NCBI GenBank assembly: GCA_964016885.1 | Contig: OZ024742.1 | Coordinates: forward strand, 176,018,001 to 176,082,000 | Direction: 5' to 3' | Length of the DNA stretch: 64,000 nucleotides | Source of the DNA: Eledone cirrhosa | Taxonomy: Eukaryota | Part shown: positions 1 to 13,534 of the stretch, in pieces | How positions within the stretch are numbered: position 1 is the first letter of the stretch | Layout of the letters: every line of letters starts with the position of its first letter | Position numbers and translations under genes: made by a program | Notes under the pieces: generated by a model | The model's input: the letters and a program-made list of their open reading frames with translations, nothing else | Told to the model about the DNA's origin: nothing | Databases searched by the model: none

Positions 1-99
1 TGCTGAAGCTCAGAAAGGAGATGATAAGAAAGAAACAAGTAGAGAGATGTTATACAGGAGAAGACTCCTCTAATCCACAGAAACAAGGAAAAGTGGACA

Positions 100-800
100 T
101 AAAAACGATCTTTGTTTTTATGACTGGTTTTCTATGCTTTCATAGGTTTGACAGGTCCTCTTTGGCACAGAATACTTACACTTGCCTCTTTCCTATGTCA
201 TCTCTCATGACAGAGTTTATTGAAACCAGCTTTACTATCTCTGCCCACAGCTTTCTTGGTCTTCCTCTGCTACAACCTCCTTCCACTTGGAATTCCTGGC
301 ACATCTTCACCAAAGAATCAACTATGCATGTTACATGTCTGCACCAGCACAATCTCCCCTGCATGCCACATATGCTCAGTTTTTTCTGTCAACTCATTTA
401 TGCTCCATTGTTTATACACAATAATATTACACATCCAAGAGAACATTCTGAATTTGCTTCTCTCCCACCTCTATTTTCACTGCTCATATCTCACTGTCAT
501 GCAACATCACATTTTGCACCCAAGTATCATACAGTTTCCCTTTGATCAGTGAGAGAGAACCCCTTTGTTGCCAACAGAGACAGAAGCTTCTTGAACATTT
601 CCTTCATTGTTCTTATTCTAGCTACTACATGTGCAGAGCAATCTTTTCTACAATTAATTAGGTCACCCAGGTGACTGAAGCTATCAACTTCTATAGAGCC
701 GTCACCAGATTGCAAAAAGAAATTATTTCATGGGTGATCATACAATTAAATACATATATGCATCTTCCACAGACGAACTTTACTGTTAGCCTGGCTACAA
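100..800 (-). mobile_element. Decayed RTE-clade LINE 3' fragment
   Basis: ORF pieces VDSFSHLGDLI...VVARIR...FKKLLSLLATKGFSL (527-715) and VEGGCSRGRPRKLWAE (176-364) match RTE RT-thumb/C-terminal motifs and the better-preserved copy at 58650-60465. Confidence 0.75.
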
Positions 801-1064
801 TCTTTATGTACTCATATTCGGCATTGAGTACATGATGAATAGATATCACTTTTGCTTTTATAGAGTTTCAACACAAGAACTTCAACCATGCTGATGGAAA
901 TCTTAATTCTCTCATCTATTAAGTTTGGATTTTCGAGGATAAGTGAATTACTTTTACCTTTTTAATATTTGATTAGCCTGCACAATTTGGGACAGAAATA
1001 ATTAAAAACAGATAACATTTCTTAATTAGGGCTCAATCTTTGGCAACTTTAAATATATTTATGT

Positions 1065-1175
1065 ACAGACATGACTGTATGGTTAAGGATTTCACTTCCC
1101 AACCATGTGTTTTCAGGTTTAGTCCCACTGCATGGAACCTTGAGCAAGTGCTTTTACTATAACTTTGGGTTGACA
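1065..1175 (+). mobile_element. Degenerate tRNA-derived SINE with CORE-like segment (similar copies ~4740-4860 -, ~11970-12055 +, ~44490-44590 -)
   Basis: Box A-like TGACTGTATGGTTAAG and box B-like GGTTTAGTCCC followed by ACCTTGAGCAAGTG. Confidence 0.5.
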
Positions 1176-1289
1176 AATAATTACTTAGACTTAGAAGCTC
1201 CTGCATCTTGAGATACATGAGGCAGTTAAAGTGCTACAATGAACACTGTCAGTTGCATCTATTAATACATTGTTCCAACTTTAGTTGGC

Positions 1290-1760
1290 GGGTTTCAGGT
1301 TCCTATCAACTGTTTGCCACACAGTTCATTTTGGGATGTTTTCTTCTCTTCTTTCCATTGGGCTACTAAACAGGACCTGATTAGCATGTCTCTCAAATTG
1401 ATGTTTTCACATGATGTTAGACACACATTGTTGGGTTCATTGATACATTTCTTTGTTGTTGATGTCATTTTACCAGATGTCAAGGCTTTTGTGTAGGCAT
1501 TTACTGTCAAAAGCATCTATTTGGTTCTCTTGTCTGGTCTTCACACTCCAGATTTTGCACCCATACAGGAGTGTTGAAAGCACATTGCTGTTGTATAATA
1601 TCATCCTGGTACCAAGCAAAATATTTTACTACACCAGTTCTTGTTGAGTTGCTTAGAAGGCAGCTAAAGTTTTGACTATTTTGCAATTAATTTCTTTCAC
1701 CATGTTCCCACTTCTGTTGATAGAGCTTCCAGGGTAGATGAAGTATTCCTCACAGATATT
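1290..1760 (-). mobile_element. Decayed RTE LINE C-terminal fragment
   Basis: Reverse strand translates YNSNVLSTLLYGCKIWSVKTRQENQIDAFDSKCL, the typical RTE LLYGxExW region, with stops. Confidence 0.7.
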
Positions 1761-3249
1761 AACCATTTCAGGACCATATTTTCAATGAAATAAACTATCT
1801 CAATTATTTAATGAAGAGTTGTGAAGAATTTACTAAAATTGTTAATTACTAAGATAGTATCTTAAATGTCTTCTTCACCTACTTATCCCTAAGATGATCA
1901 TGGGGGCAGAGAGACCTATAAGAAGCAACTGTATCCAAATGATTCAGCTGGGTCCCCAAGCAAGACCAATGAAACCTTTGGATTTTATCCAACCATCTCG
2001 CTTTGGTCTACCTTGGAGTCTCATGCTAGCTGGCACTACTCATAGGATGTGTCCAGCAACTATTTCCTTAGACATTCTAAACACATGTCCGTAGTACAAT
2101 AACATAACATATAGCTCTTGCATAAATCTATGTTAGTTGATTTTAAATTAAATACAAACTTTTTAAAATGGCTGGTTTTGTTTCACAGAACCAGAGTTAG
2201 TTTTGGCAAAGTTGGTATCAAAAGGGTTAACTATATGTTATATATCTGGACTTTATGGACAGTTGGAAACTAATAAAGCTGAAGTTATGTCACAGTTATT
2301 AGAGAATGTAGGATAAAATAAAATGGTAACTGATACCAAATAAGCTTTAAAATAAAACAAAATACTATATTTATCAAAAATTGCAGATAATCTTCAAAAT
2401 ATTTTTTCTAAATATGTTCAAATTATTTTTTAATACGATCAATGTTTTCTTCAGAACTAGCTGCACCTGCTCTGTGAAAACTAAAGAAAAATCAGATTAA
2501 AATTGCAAGATTAAGTTCCATCTATCTGATTAAATGATTCTGTCCTCAAATGTTGATGTTTAACACTATTAGAAAACTGATACATCATCATCAGTTAATG
2601 CCTGTTTTCCTTGCTAGCAAAGAATGAATGGGTTATCAGAGTGCATTTTATCATGGCATCAGTACGCGGAAGATTATATCTTTGACACACTTGAATGTCT
2701 TCCCAACTCTTTCTATGGTAGATTTTCTACAGCTAGATACTCTTTCTGTCACCAATCACTCTACAGAGTATACTGGATTTGTTACCATGCACAATTACAA
2801 ACATTGGACAGGTTAACTTGAAACAACTGAAGTATCTTCTTGAGCCTTGTAGCTATTTTACTCTTAGTGTAACATGCTGATTTCTGCCCAAGTATTTTAT
2901 CTCAATAAAAAGTCCAAAGACACTGAGCACCTTAGTGCTGCAATAAGGTAGTGCTGGCACCATGACAAAACACTCAGTCTTCCTTGTAAGGTGGTAGTAC
3001 CGGAGTTATAATAAAATATTCTGAGTATATGCTATAAAGTGGTTAGTGTTAAGAAGGATATCCAGATGTAGAAATTATGTTCCTCCCAGTATATGCTGTA
3101 AAATGGTTAGTGTTAGGAAAGACATCCAGCTGTAGAAACTATGCTCTTTCATACACTCTGTAAAGTTTTGATCCACAAAAAGGAATATACCCTGTAAGCT
3201 CATTCACAGGAAGGACATTCAGCTGTGGAAAACATGCCAAATATGATCC

Positions 3250-4100
3250 ATATTCTAGGATTAGGGAGCTGAAAGCAAAGGGGAGGTCTTGCCAGAATTG
3301 AAGGGCCAGTGATGTCACATTGGTAGTGTAGGCCAAGTCTCTCTCTCTTCGTCAAAAGTGAGGGAAATTGTTGGGCCACTATCCAATCGAAGGATGGCTC
3401 TGAATTGCATGCAGCTATTTCAAGAGATGAGTGAATGTAGTGAGCTAGGGAGACTGACTGGGAGAGAGAGGATGGTAGTGATGATATGGAAGATCATGGA
3501 AAGGGTAAAGGCAAAGGACCTAGTAAGTAGAAGCTGGTATGTACCCAAAATGGAATATGGGATTATATGGTTTGATGCCAGCAGCATATTTCTAGGGGTC
3601 ATTCTGGAAATAGTGAGATATTGAAGTTGAGGATGCAGCCTGGCTCAGGATGAAGGAGAACTGCAATCATTTGACGTCATGCTGAAGGGAGTGAATCTTG
3701 CTCTGAGATGGGGCTGCACACTATAGAGATTTGTACTGATTTGGCAGTAGATAAGCTAATAAAGCAATGCCTGGGAACTCAGAGAGCTAACGTTTGAGTT
3801 CAGCCTGAAGTTGTGTGTGGTCTTTGAGCCCTCGCAGAAAAAGAAGATGGACATCATAACCAGGTTGAAGAAAGCCTGACTGGAAGTGCCAGAGGATGTG
3901 GAAAAGGGGATAACTGCAGTGTGTCAGCTGAGTGCCTCAAAGTTGAGGACGTTGCACACAATGCATCACATGAGAGTAGATAGGACCCTTTTCCTAGCCA
4001 AGAAAGTCAACTGACGTTAGCAGACAGAGTGTCCAGAAAGTAATTTAGAGTCGCAACAGCTGTCAGTCTATCAACCCCGACCCAGGCATGCACAAGATGA
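3250..4100 (-). mobile_element. Heavily decayed non-LTR element, possibly an APE endonuclease region (CR1/Jockey-like)
   Basis: GC-richer block; weak similarity of LIYCQISTNLYSVQPHL to an APE N-terminus; many stops and frameshifts. Confidence 0.3.
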
Positions 4101-6148
4101 GTAACATCTCAGTGGAACACAACTGGAAGCGAGGAAGTCTGAGTCAAATCTCGAAATGCATGCTGCACATCTCAATGGGGAAAGGGAACAATAATGGCTG
4201 TAAATTCCTGAAATGAGTATGGATGAAATGCCGGCCCTACTTTGCAGAGATCACAACAGCATTTCCACACACCCAAGTGGACAACAGACTGACATGGAAT
4301 GAGATGATGGGGTAATTGATCCTTAAGATCAGCGTGTGTGAGTGTGTGTGTGTGTGGGTGGCTAGAGAGCAAGAAGTGCAGAGGAAGTCTTGCTGGAAGT
4401 GAGGGGCCCATGACCTCACATCAATAGTGCATGTCAGGTTTCTCTCTGTTGGTCCATCTGCAGCAGAAGAGTGTGAACGTCCTGTAATGAGTGGTGTGAA
4501 TGATTGTATGGATTTTGCTATGTTCTCTGGCTAAACGGGAGACAGGTGAGCATCACAAGGGAATTCAATCTGGACCTGAGTGGAGATGGTCACCTGTTTT
4601 TTGCCAGGCCAGAATGTCATTCCAACTTGTCTGGTCTTGGACTATGACAATACATCCAACCCAGGACAGTGTGGAAAGTTGAGTACAATGATAATATAAA
4701 ATGCTTCATCATATTTTCCAGTTATAAAATTCATTCACAAGATCTTGGCCTGTCCAAGAGTGTATAGTAGAAGTCACTTGCCTAAAATGCCTACAGTGAG
4801 ATTGAACACAAAATCATGTAGTTGCAAAGCAAAGTTATTAAGCACACTACCATGCCTGTAAAAGCAACAGTACTATTTTTAAGGCATTAGCATGTTGCTG
4901 AAATAAATTCTATTTTCATATATTTTTACTGACATCTAGTTTTGATAGAGAGTGTTTGTTTTGTTCTTTTTATGTGAAATAGTTTGACATGAAAACTAGG
5001 TAATGACACCCAGTCAACATGTTGTATGGTAACAATATGTCAAATCTTTCACACATTTGTTCCTACTGACTACTTTGTTTTCTTTGTTTTGTTTTTCATC
5101 TTAGCCTAGATGTATATATATATATTCTGACATCTCCTACAGAATAGAAAATGTACATTGAAATATAAACATATATGACAGTGAGTAAATAAAATAAAAT
5201 ATATAGAAAGAAATGTATAAAAATGGAATTATATAAATATATGCAAGCTTAGATATATGCAAATGTTCCAACAAACTTGCCTGTAAATTATAATATAGAC
5301 TTGATGAAGAGGAATCTTAAGAAGGTTTTCTTAGCAATATTTTGATTTCATATAGAATTCTCATTTACTTTTGAATATATTATAGTTCTTTGGGGATTTT
5401 TATATTATTTCTTCATTGTTAACTTTCATATATATATATTTTATGTGGAATCTTATGCTTCATGTTGACAGATCACAGAATCAACAGCTGTCAGAAGAAA
5501 TCTCTCTACATTCATTTCCTTCCACACATTGTGGCCAGATTTCTGATTAGGTAAATTCAAAAGCTACAATAATAACAATATTAGTTTAAGGTCAACACAA
5601 CCTAACTGATATATTTCATGTGATTTCTATGTATTAAATGATATAGAAATAATATAACTTTCTTTTTTATTCTTAAACTAAAGTTTCCACAAAAGCCAGA
5701 TTATGAAATAAATAATTATTTTTGTAAATATAAATGAGGTATTCATGTGTACATACTCTGGTAGCAAGCAGAGGCTACACCACATCTGGGTAGCCATCCA
5801 ACGAAAGAGTCACACAGAGCTCTCCATTCAATATGGCTACTGAGTGCAGCCCACATCTATCCAAAATCTGTGCCCAGATCAAAAAGACACTATACTTGAG
5901 TTTTAGGGGTGCATAATCAAGGAGTAGACTCTAGGCATCAAACCACCGCGCACCATATACATATTCCCCATCCAAATCCATTCTCTCGAGCACACTTAAT
6001 AGAGAGTGAACAAGCAGCAGACCTAGAAAATCTTGTTCCAACAACATTGGGGACTGGACAGGTGTTAACATTACAAACCTTCTGCAAATAAGAGGACAGA
6101 ACATAGGGATGGATTGAACATCAAGCAAAATATGTACAGGCTTAGCAT

Positions 6149-6265
6149 ATTAGAGGAACATGTTATTCAAGCTAATTGTATTTGTCATTAGAGGAACATT
6201 TTATTCAAGCTAATTGTATTTGTCATTAGAGGAACATTTTATTTAAGCTAATTGTATTTTTCATT
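6149..6265. repeat. ~37-bp tandem repeat x3
   Basis: ATTAGAGGAACATKTTATTYAAGCTAATTGTATTTKTC repeated three times. Confidence 0.9.
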
Positions 6266-6517
6266 CCCGAAAAAAATTATCTTAAAATTAATTGCCAGAC
6301 CAACAGTGGCATGCTAATGATGATTGGTGGCAACAGTTTTTAAAAGAGGAGATTTATAATTTACTCAGAAGAGCTTGCAACAAAGTGGCAGAGTCATTGT
6401 AATGTCAGCATACTTTGCAGTATATATTTCAGCACTCCACACTGAAATCTGTTGAGGTAAACTTTCCCTTTCATCCTTTCAAGAATGATGAAAGTACTGG
6501 AAGCAATCCTTTCTCTG

Positions 6518-6965
6518 ATCATCATCATCATCGTTTTACGTCCGTTTTTCCACGCTAGCATGGGTTAGACGGATTGTCCTTTTGTGGGCAGTGTCCAGTC
6601 AGCTGACCTTGTCTTGCTCATGCAGGAACTGATTCTGGCTTGATTTCTACAGCTGGATGCCCTTCCTAACACCAACCTCATTTACAGTGAGTGCTGGGTG
6701 CTTTTTTTTCTGTGGTGCCTACACAACCACTTTGCAGTGGGAGGGTGTTGGGGCATATTGTTTATATGCTTCAGCTTCGACTTGTTCCTGTGGAGGGTCG
6801 GGTCTTCTGTATTACTGTGTGACACCAGAGGTCACGGTCGTGTGTCATTGCTCTTGAGAGGTGCAATTGGAAATAATCAGCTGGAAATAATCAGCTCTAT
6901 TCAGACATGGAGATGGTTGGGTATCATTAGGTTTAAAACGTCCAAGCCACGCTGTGTATCATGAA
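6518..6965 (-). mobile_element. RTE 3'-end fragment with (GAT)n tail (related pieces at ~41452-41648, ~14300-14463, ~45175-45326)
   Basis: Near-colinear with 58650-59035; ends AACCCATGCTAGCGTGGAAAAACGGACGTAAAACGATGATGATG on the minus strand. Confidence 0.85.
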
Positions 6966-7578
6966 GATGCCCTTTTGACTTTATCAGGTGTTCAGTGATA
7001 AAGTAAAAAATTCAGGTATTGAATGCCATGGTTAGGTAGATTATTTTTCTTTTATAGTCTATAAGGTGGTAGTGCTGGTTCCACAATAATATGTACACAG
7101 TACACTCTGTAAAGATGTATTGCTGGTGCCACAAGAATATGCACCCAGTAAACTCTGTAAAGTTGTTGCTGGTGTCATGATAAATTGCATCTGGTCCATT
7201 ATAAATTGGTTAGCATTAGGAAGGGCACCCAGCTGTAGAAACTATGAAACTATGTAAATATTGAGCACATGAGGAAGTCATGTTCCTGTCACCTGTGTAG
7301 TCTCAGACAGTGACAACCCATTCTGTCAAGAAGAACAAATGTAAAATAATGATAATGATTATTTGGGATTGTGCAAAACATTAGCAATTATTCTAAGATC
7401 AGTAGATTGGCAGAATCATTAGAGCACCAGGAGGAATTTGTTACAGTAAGTGTTCTGGCTTTTTACATTCTGAGTTCAAAACCTGCCTAAGTCAACTTTG
7501 CCCTTCATCTTTCTGAGGTCGATGCATTATTTGCATGATGTTCCCTCTCCCTAAATTAGAATCCATTATTCTGTAATT

Positions 7579-7754
7579 TGGCAGTATCGGTAGAGGGTCG
7601 GACAATATGCTTTGTAGCACAGAGTTACGCCCCTTTCTGATCTGAGTTCAAATCCTGCCGAGGTCAAATTTGCCTTTCATCCTTACGGGGTCGATAAAAT
7701 AAAGTACCAGTAATGCACTGAGTAATTGCTGGCCTTGTGCCAAGAGTAGAAACA
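7579..7754 (+). mobile_element. tRNA-derived SINE (Meta-domain-like) with 14-bp TSD
   Basis: Box A TGGCAGTATCGG, box B GAGTTCAAATCC, central GCCTTTCATCCTTACGGGGTCGATAAAATAAAGTACCAG; ATTATTCTGTAATT duplicated at 7565-7578 and 7755-7768. Confidence 0.9.
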
Positions 7755-9763
7755 ATTATTCTGTAATTAGTTAGGAAGAGATTATTTTCGAAGAGATAGT
7801 TTACACTGTTGTTCACTTCAATATTTCAAAATAGATGCCCTTCTGAAAGAGGTTAGATAATCTGATGAGAGGGGATTAGCTGAAATTGTAATAGAATCCA
7901 ATTGATTGCATCTGTTGTCAGGAAGCGATGATTTATCATGTTTGGTGGTAATGTAGATAGGCGAGGAAATTTATCACAGAAGGGAATCACTGATGGGGAT
8001 TTTTCTTGCAAGTACAATGAGCAAAGTTGCAATCAAAGTACAAGACAGAGGTTACATTAACTTTGCTGATCTTAGCTGTGAAACCAAAAGTAAATGTTAG
8101 CGACATATTTATTAGAGTTCTTCTTCAATTAAAGCTGAATAGGAAATTAAATCTAGATAAATCTTGCTTAGTAAAAAAAGAATGATGAGATCTACTTTGG
8201 AATAAATTGAAGATTTTATCATGGAATCTTGAATACATTCAATGTTATATCTGAGTAAAACAATTAGGGTTGTAGCTGTTAAAGTAACCTTAAAACTGCT
8301 TCCTATTGGATTTACAAGAAACTATAAGCAAAAATCAGAATGTTAAATATTTTCCCTTTAAAACAAAATTGGGCTCTTGTGTTAAACGATGATGAAAAAG
8401 CAATATTAACAAGAGAAATATACACTGCTAATATAAACTTAAATGTAAAATCTAAAACAAAACCAAAAAATCCCTCGCAAAACCAAAATTATTTTTAGAA
8501 ATAAAAAAGTAAAAAAAGAAATCTCTTGCATCAGTAACAAAATATATACAGCTTACAGCAGGAAAACGTTTGGAAAAATAATGATTTGCAGTCTAAAGTA
8601 AAAGTCAAACCACTTTAATTAATAAGGAAGTAGTGAAAGCTAGTATTGGCAGGTTTAATACAGTATCTAATTTTTTTTTTTTTTTTTTGCATGCCCTGAA
8701 GTATTCAAATGATATGAGGGGAAAAAACAGAAACAAAATAGTTTCCATACAAACATGAGATAAGAGAAGTCATGTTTTTATTTCCTAATTTTCTAATTCC
8801 ATAAATTTCTTTTGTTTTGCTCTGTGTTTAGAAAGAAAACAGCTAAACATTCTTTATCACCATTTCATACTATTATTTATAGCGTACATTGGATACAAAT
8901 CCATCAAATTAAAATGCAAGCTTTTTTCCACTACATCAGATGTAGTCTGTATATCTATCATTCCTATATATTAACACTTCCATAACCATATTTCTAATGA
9001 AAGATCTGATTGATTGAAACAAAATTTACAGCTCACACATATCAAGGATTAATTGGTTTCTTATGAGGTTTCATCTCAAAGGAGGTTTGTTGTGTGTTTT
9101 AATAATAGGCTCACCAGTCCTATCATGATTTTCATAAAGCATCTTTCTCAAGACCTGTTTGGTTCAAGAATTGAACTCATGGCCATATTATCAAGAGTCC
9201 AACGCTCTAATCAAAAAGCCAAACTCATTGACTACCGAATCATTTCAAATAATTTTGAAAATAATCAAGAATTTTGAGGGATTTGTTAATATAAGTAACT
9301 TTCCCATTTTCAAACTGGCGTGTGGAACAAAACAAAAATCCTTACATAGAATTATAATGGAAGGTTCTGAGATAAAATAACCAGTTTTGTACCATAGAAT
9401 TAAAAGTGGTTGCAGGTAGTTTAGTATCCAGAAAGTTAAATCACTATACTCCTCATGACTATTTTAACCTTTAATGTTCTGTACCATATGAAACCACATA
9501 AAAAATGTTTAAAATGTACAAAACATGATTATGTTATATTAAAAAAGTAAATTATTAATACTGCAGATTTCTACATCATCCATTAATAAAGATACCGTAA
9601 AGTTTACAATTAACAAACTTAGTTTCAGATATTTTAATTTTCTGCTAAATCATTTCAGGATGTTAAAAGTTGAATATAGATTATTTTGTTATACTGAATT
9701 GTGTTTCTGTCACATGGATACTACAATCACAAAAGCATTCAAAGTGTTCATTTAAAATTATTC

Positions 9764-9928
9764 TACGCTTACAAAGTTCAACTCTTACAGGCACTCGAGC
9801 CAAATGATAAACCAAGATGAAAAGAGTTTGCAGTTAGGATGCTGGAACAAATTTCTGAGGATGAAACATTCCTCACCTGAGTTTGTTTTAGTGATGAGGC
9901 AACTTTTCGTGTTTCAGGAAAACTGAAC
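9764..9928 (+). pseudogene. Tc1/mariner-superfamily transposase fragment
   Basis: Translates YAYKVQLLQALEPNDKPR*KEFAVRMLEQISEDETFLT*VCFSDEATFRVSGKLN; FSDEA contains the first catalytic Asp of DDE/D transposases. Confidence 0.85.
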
Positions 9929-10018
9929 ACAATTAACAAACTTAGTTTCAGATATTTTAATTTTCTGCTAAATCATTACAGGAGTTGAATATAGATTATT
10001 TGGTTGAATATAGTTAAG

Positions 10019-10208
10019 GGCGGTGGATTGGCAGTATCAGTGGAGGGTCGGACGCTATGCTTTCCAGTATAGTTACGTCCCTTTACGATCTGAGTTCAAA
10101 TCCCGCCGAGGTTGACTTTGCCTTTCATCCTTATGGGGTCGATAAAATAAAGTACCAGTAATGCACTGGTGAATTGCTGGCCTTGTGCCTAAAGTAGAGA
10201 CAATTATT
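10019..10208 (+). mobile_element. tRNA-derived SINE, full length
   Basis: GGCGGTGGATTGGCAGTATC...GAGTTCAAATCCCGCCGAGG...GCCTTTCATCC...AAGTAGAGACAATTATT; same family as 7579. Confidence 0.9.
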
Positions 10209-10608
10209 TGGTTATACTGAATTGTGTCTCTGCCACATGGATACTACAATCACAAAAGCATTCAAAATGTTCATTTAGAATTATTCCATAGCTAATTAGA
10301 AACAAACATCAATTATTAATTATTAATATGACATTTAAATGCTTCATTTATATATAATATACAATACTTAATTACATATATTTGACAACATAAATTGAAT
10401 AAATTTAACAAATAAGTAAAACTACCAAAGTAGAAATTTTAATCATAATTTAAGGATAAACAATATTTTCTCTCACACATTCTTACCATCTTTCTTCAAA
10501 GACGTTTTACTGTTTGGGATTAAACAATTTCAGCACCATCACTCTCTCTTTCACACATTATACCCTTTCCACAGCATGGCCAATAATTCAAAAAGTTATT
10601 CCACTTTT

Positions 10609-10610
<2 letters not shown>

Positions 10611-10667
<57 letters not shown>
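10611..10667. repeat. (CT)n microsatellite
   Basis: Pure CT run. Confidence 0.95.
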
Positions 10668-10673
<6 letters not shown>

Positions 10674-11372
10674 TCTTACTATACATTTACCACAGCATGA
10701 CCAACATTTTCAAAAGCTATTTTTTGTCACCCCCCCCCCCTCTCTGAGACACACACACACCACCTCCTTTCTATAAAGATAGGAAATTAAAAATGTCAAT
10801 CTCAAACACATGCTTATCGTCTAGTTTGCAGCATGACATACATTTTACACCACAGAAAGACCAGCTGTAATGTTATAAAAGATTCATGGAATACAAATCT
10901 AAGGATAAAAATCATTAGGTACTGAATTCAATCCATCTTAAGAAATTATCATTTACCATAAGCTTGAGTGAACCCATACGTTGTGAGTGAGACCGGGTAG
11001 TCAAAAGCTGTTAGGAAGCCCTTCAGATGGACTGTTCCTGTAATTCAAAGAGCCAGCTTTGTCACACAGTCACACTGAAATTGCCCAAGTATTATATTAA
11101 AGGTAAACATGTTTGTAGAATTCTCAGTCACAAATTTTCTGAGCATGTCCTTCTGTTGATTGGACAACTGTAAAACACATATCATGGAAACCAATGGAGG
11201 TCCACCAATAAACTAGTTCTAAACTAATTTTGTATAGAAATAATGAAGGGTTAATAAGATACAAGTTTCAAATCTAAAATGTTTCCAACAGACAAAAACA
11301 GTAAATTCTATATGTCTGTATAGTTTCATGTACTTTTGGTAAGACTAATACAATAAAAGTTGAGAACATACA

Positions 11373-11414
<42 letters not shown>

Positions 11415-12074
11415 TATATATATGAAGCACTTATAACATAAATCTTTCAGCTGTAGTAAATTCATATTGGATTACATTATCTGCAAAAGTCTGGCTGCTA
11501 ATTCTCTTAGCTTTAATAAAGGTTGATGGACAAACAATCCATGTATCAATTGCATAGAAATATTATGAGTAGGAAATTGAATTTTTAGAAATGACATTTG
11601 ACTTGAAGTAGACAAGGACACATTTTCTCATTGGTCCCTTAATTAATTACAAGATAAATTCTATAAAAATATACATTAAGCTCTGGATAAAGGCAAAAAG
11701 AAAAATTATTGAAAGCCAGTGTCTCGTTTTATTTGTGGAAACGTGTATATTCAGAAAATTCAAATGCTTAGGAATCTGTCAATAATAGCCAGCGGTTAAA
11801 TAATAACTATAGATACTTGTAGGTTAGATTGCTTCCATCTAAGTTCTAATTTTAGTAAAATAATGACTAGGTTGTTGTAATTGATTTAAACATTGATGGG
11901 AATATAAAGAAAGGTTTGGCTGGATTTAGGAAACATTTTAAAAGTAAAATATAATACACACATTCAAAGCCATAGCTGCATGGATAAGAAGTTTGGTTTG
12001 TAATGAAATGGTTCTGAGTTTGATTAAACTATGCAGCTTAGCACCTTGGGCCTGAGAATATGATAACCTCACAA

Positions 12075-12478
12075 GTGTTGATGCCACAATAAAATGCACC
12101 CACTCCACTCTGAAGTGTTAGGGCCGATGCCAATACAATATGCATCTAGTCAACTCTAAATTGGTAATGCTATTGCAAGGATAAAGTGCACCCAGTCCAC
12201 TCAGTAATGTGGAAGTGCTGATGCAATGATAAAATACACCCAGTCCACTCAGTAAAGTGGTAGCTCTAGGGCTATGATAAAATGCACTCAGTCCACTCTA
12301 AAGTAATAGTGCTGGTGCTATCATAAAATACACACAGTCCAGTCTAAAGTGATAGTGCTAGTACTGCTATAAAATGCATGCAGTCCACTCTAAAGAAGTA
12401 GTGCTGGTGCTACATTAAAAGGTACCCAGTCTACTTCGTAAAGTGGTAGTGCCAGTGACACAATAAACCACACCCAAT
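12075..12478 (+). repeat. Degenerate ~40-bp minisatellite (~10 units)
   Basis: Unit approximately GTGCTGGTGCTATGATAAAATGCACCCAGTCCACTCTAAAGTGGTA. Confidence 0.85.
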
Positions 12479-12671
12479 TTGAATTCAAGCATCAAATATC
12501 TACACTTCTCTGAGAAAGAAGCACTTTGTTACCAGCAGAGTTAATAACTGCCTCAACTTATTCCACTCTCTTACCTGTGAGAGATCTAATGAACTAATTA
12601 GCAGATTAGATTTCATTCAGGTGAACACGTTCATTTGTAATTATGGAACAGAATTGCATTCTAATCTATAA

Positions 12672-12732
12672 TATGTGTGTGTGTGCATGTATTATATATA
12701 TATATATATAATATGTGTGTTTGTGCATGTAT

Positions 12733-12828
<96 letters not shown>

Positions 12829-12905
12829 TATATATATGTATGTGTGGGGTGTGTGTGTATATATATATATATACATATATACACAGACAAATATGTATGT
12901 ATATA
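12672..12905. repeat. Compound (TA)n/(TG)n microsatellite
   Basis: Dinucleotide runs that generate spurious YIYI ORFs. Confidence 0.95.
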
Positions 12906-13534
12906 GATATCCTGGTAGACAATATGTCTGGGAGAGAGGGAGAGTTAGTAAATATTTTTGACTGTTGAAAGGGTGTTTACAAGTTAATGGATTTGGTGTC
13001 TGGTAGGACAACTAACTCTTTAATGTCTTAGTATTTTTACTCTTTAAATAAACAGCCTTCTTCTATTTCTTATATTTACCATTCCAGATGGCCATTTAAG
13101 ACCAGATAACAGATGAAATGACATGCTTCTTATTTATTTATTTTTGTTATGTTGTTATATAAGATCAAAGTGAAAACATGGTTTATATCAATTTGCATTT
13201 GATATGGTTAATTGTGTGTAGTAGCATAGGCCATTTAATAAATACACTTCGTTTAACAATATCAATTAAACAAGCACATACTTAAATGTTTTACCATTTC
13301 TTTCTCTAACATGCGTGCACACACGTGTATTTATGTTTATGCCGTTTTATCAACAGTTAAGAACAGTTTCACAGATTCTAAGATTAGCAAGTGCCCACGT
13401 ATACATGCATAACTGCTTTCCAGCAAACAAGAAAAAATGAATAATTATACAGAAAGATAAGTTGGGTAAATAAAAGCTAAATTATGAGAATCCAAATGAG
13501 TGCACTGTCAAAGAGTTAAATGATTAGAAATATG

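Noticed and set aside
21-552. 174-aa and 110-aa plus-strand ORFs
   Set aside because: Antisense to a decayed RTE fragment; no independent protein features
5471-5550. AG...GT-bounded candidate exon
   Set aside because: Splice-like dinucleotides only; no recognisable peptide or partner exons
12075-12478. Regularly spaced repeats as a possible CRISPR array
   Set aside because: Contiguous degenerate tandem units with no unique spacers, no cas genes and a eukaryotic context
12661-13011. ORFs rich in [12 protein letters not shown] (also ~24.8-25.6, 40.8-41.4, 43.4-43.8, 45.3-45.6, 53.5-53.9, 57.6-57.8 and 60.3-61.9 kb)
   Set aside because: Translations of dinucleotide microsatellites, which lack stop codons
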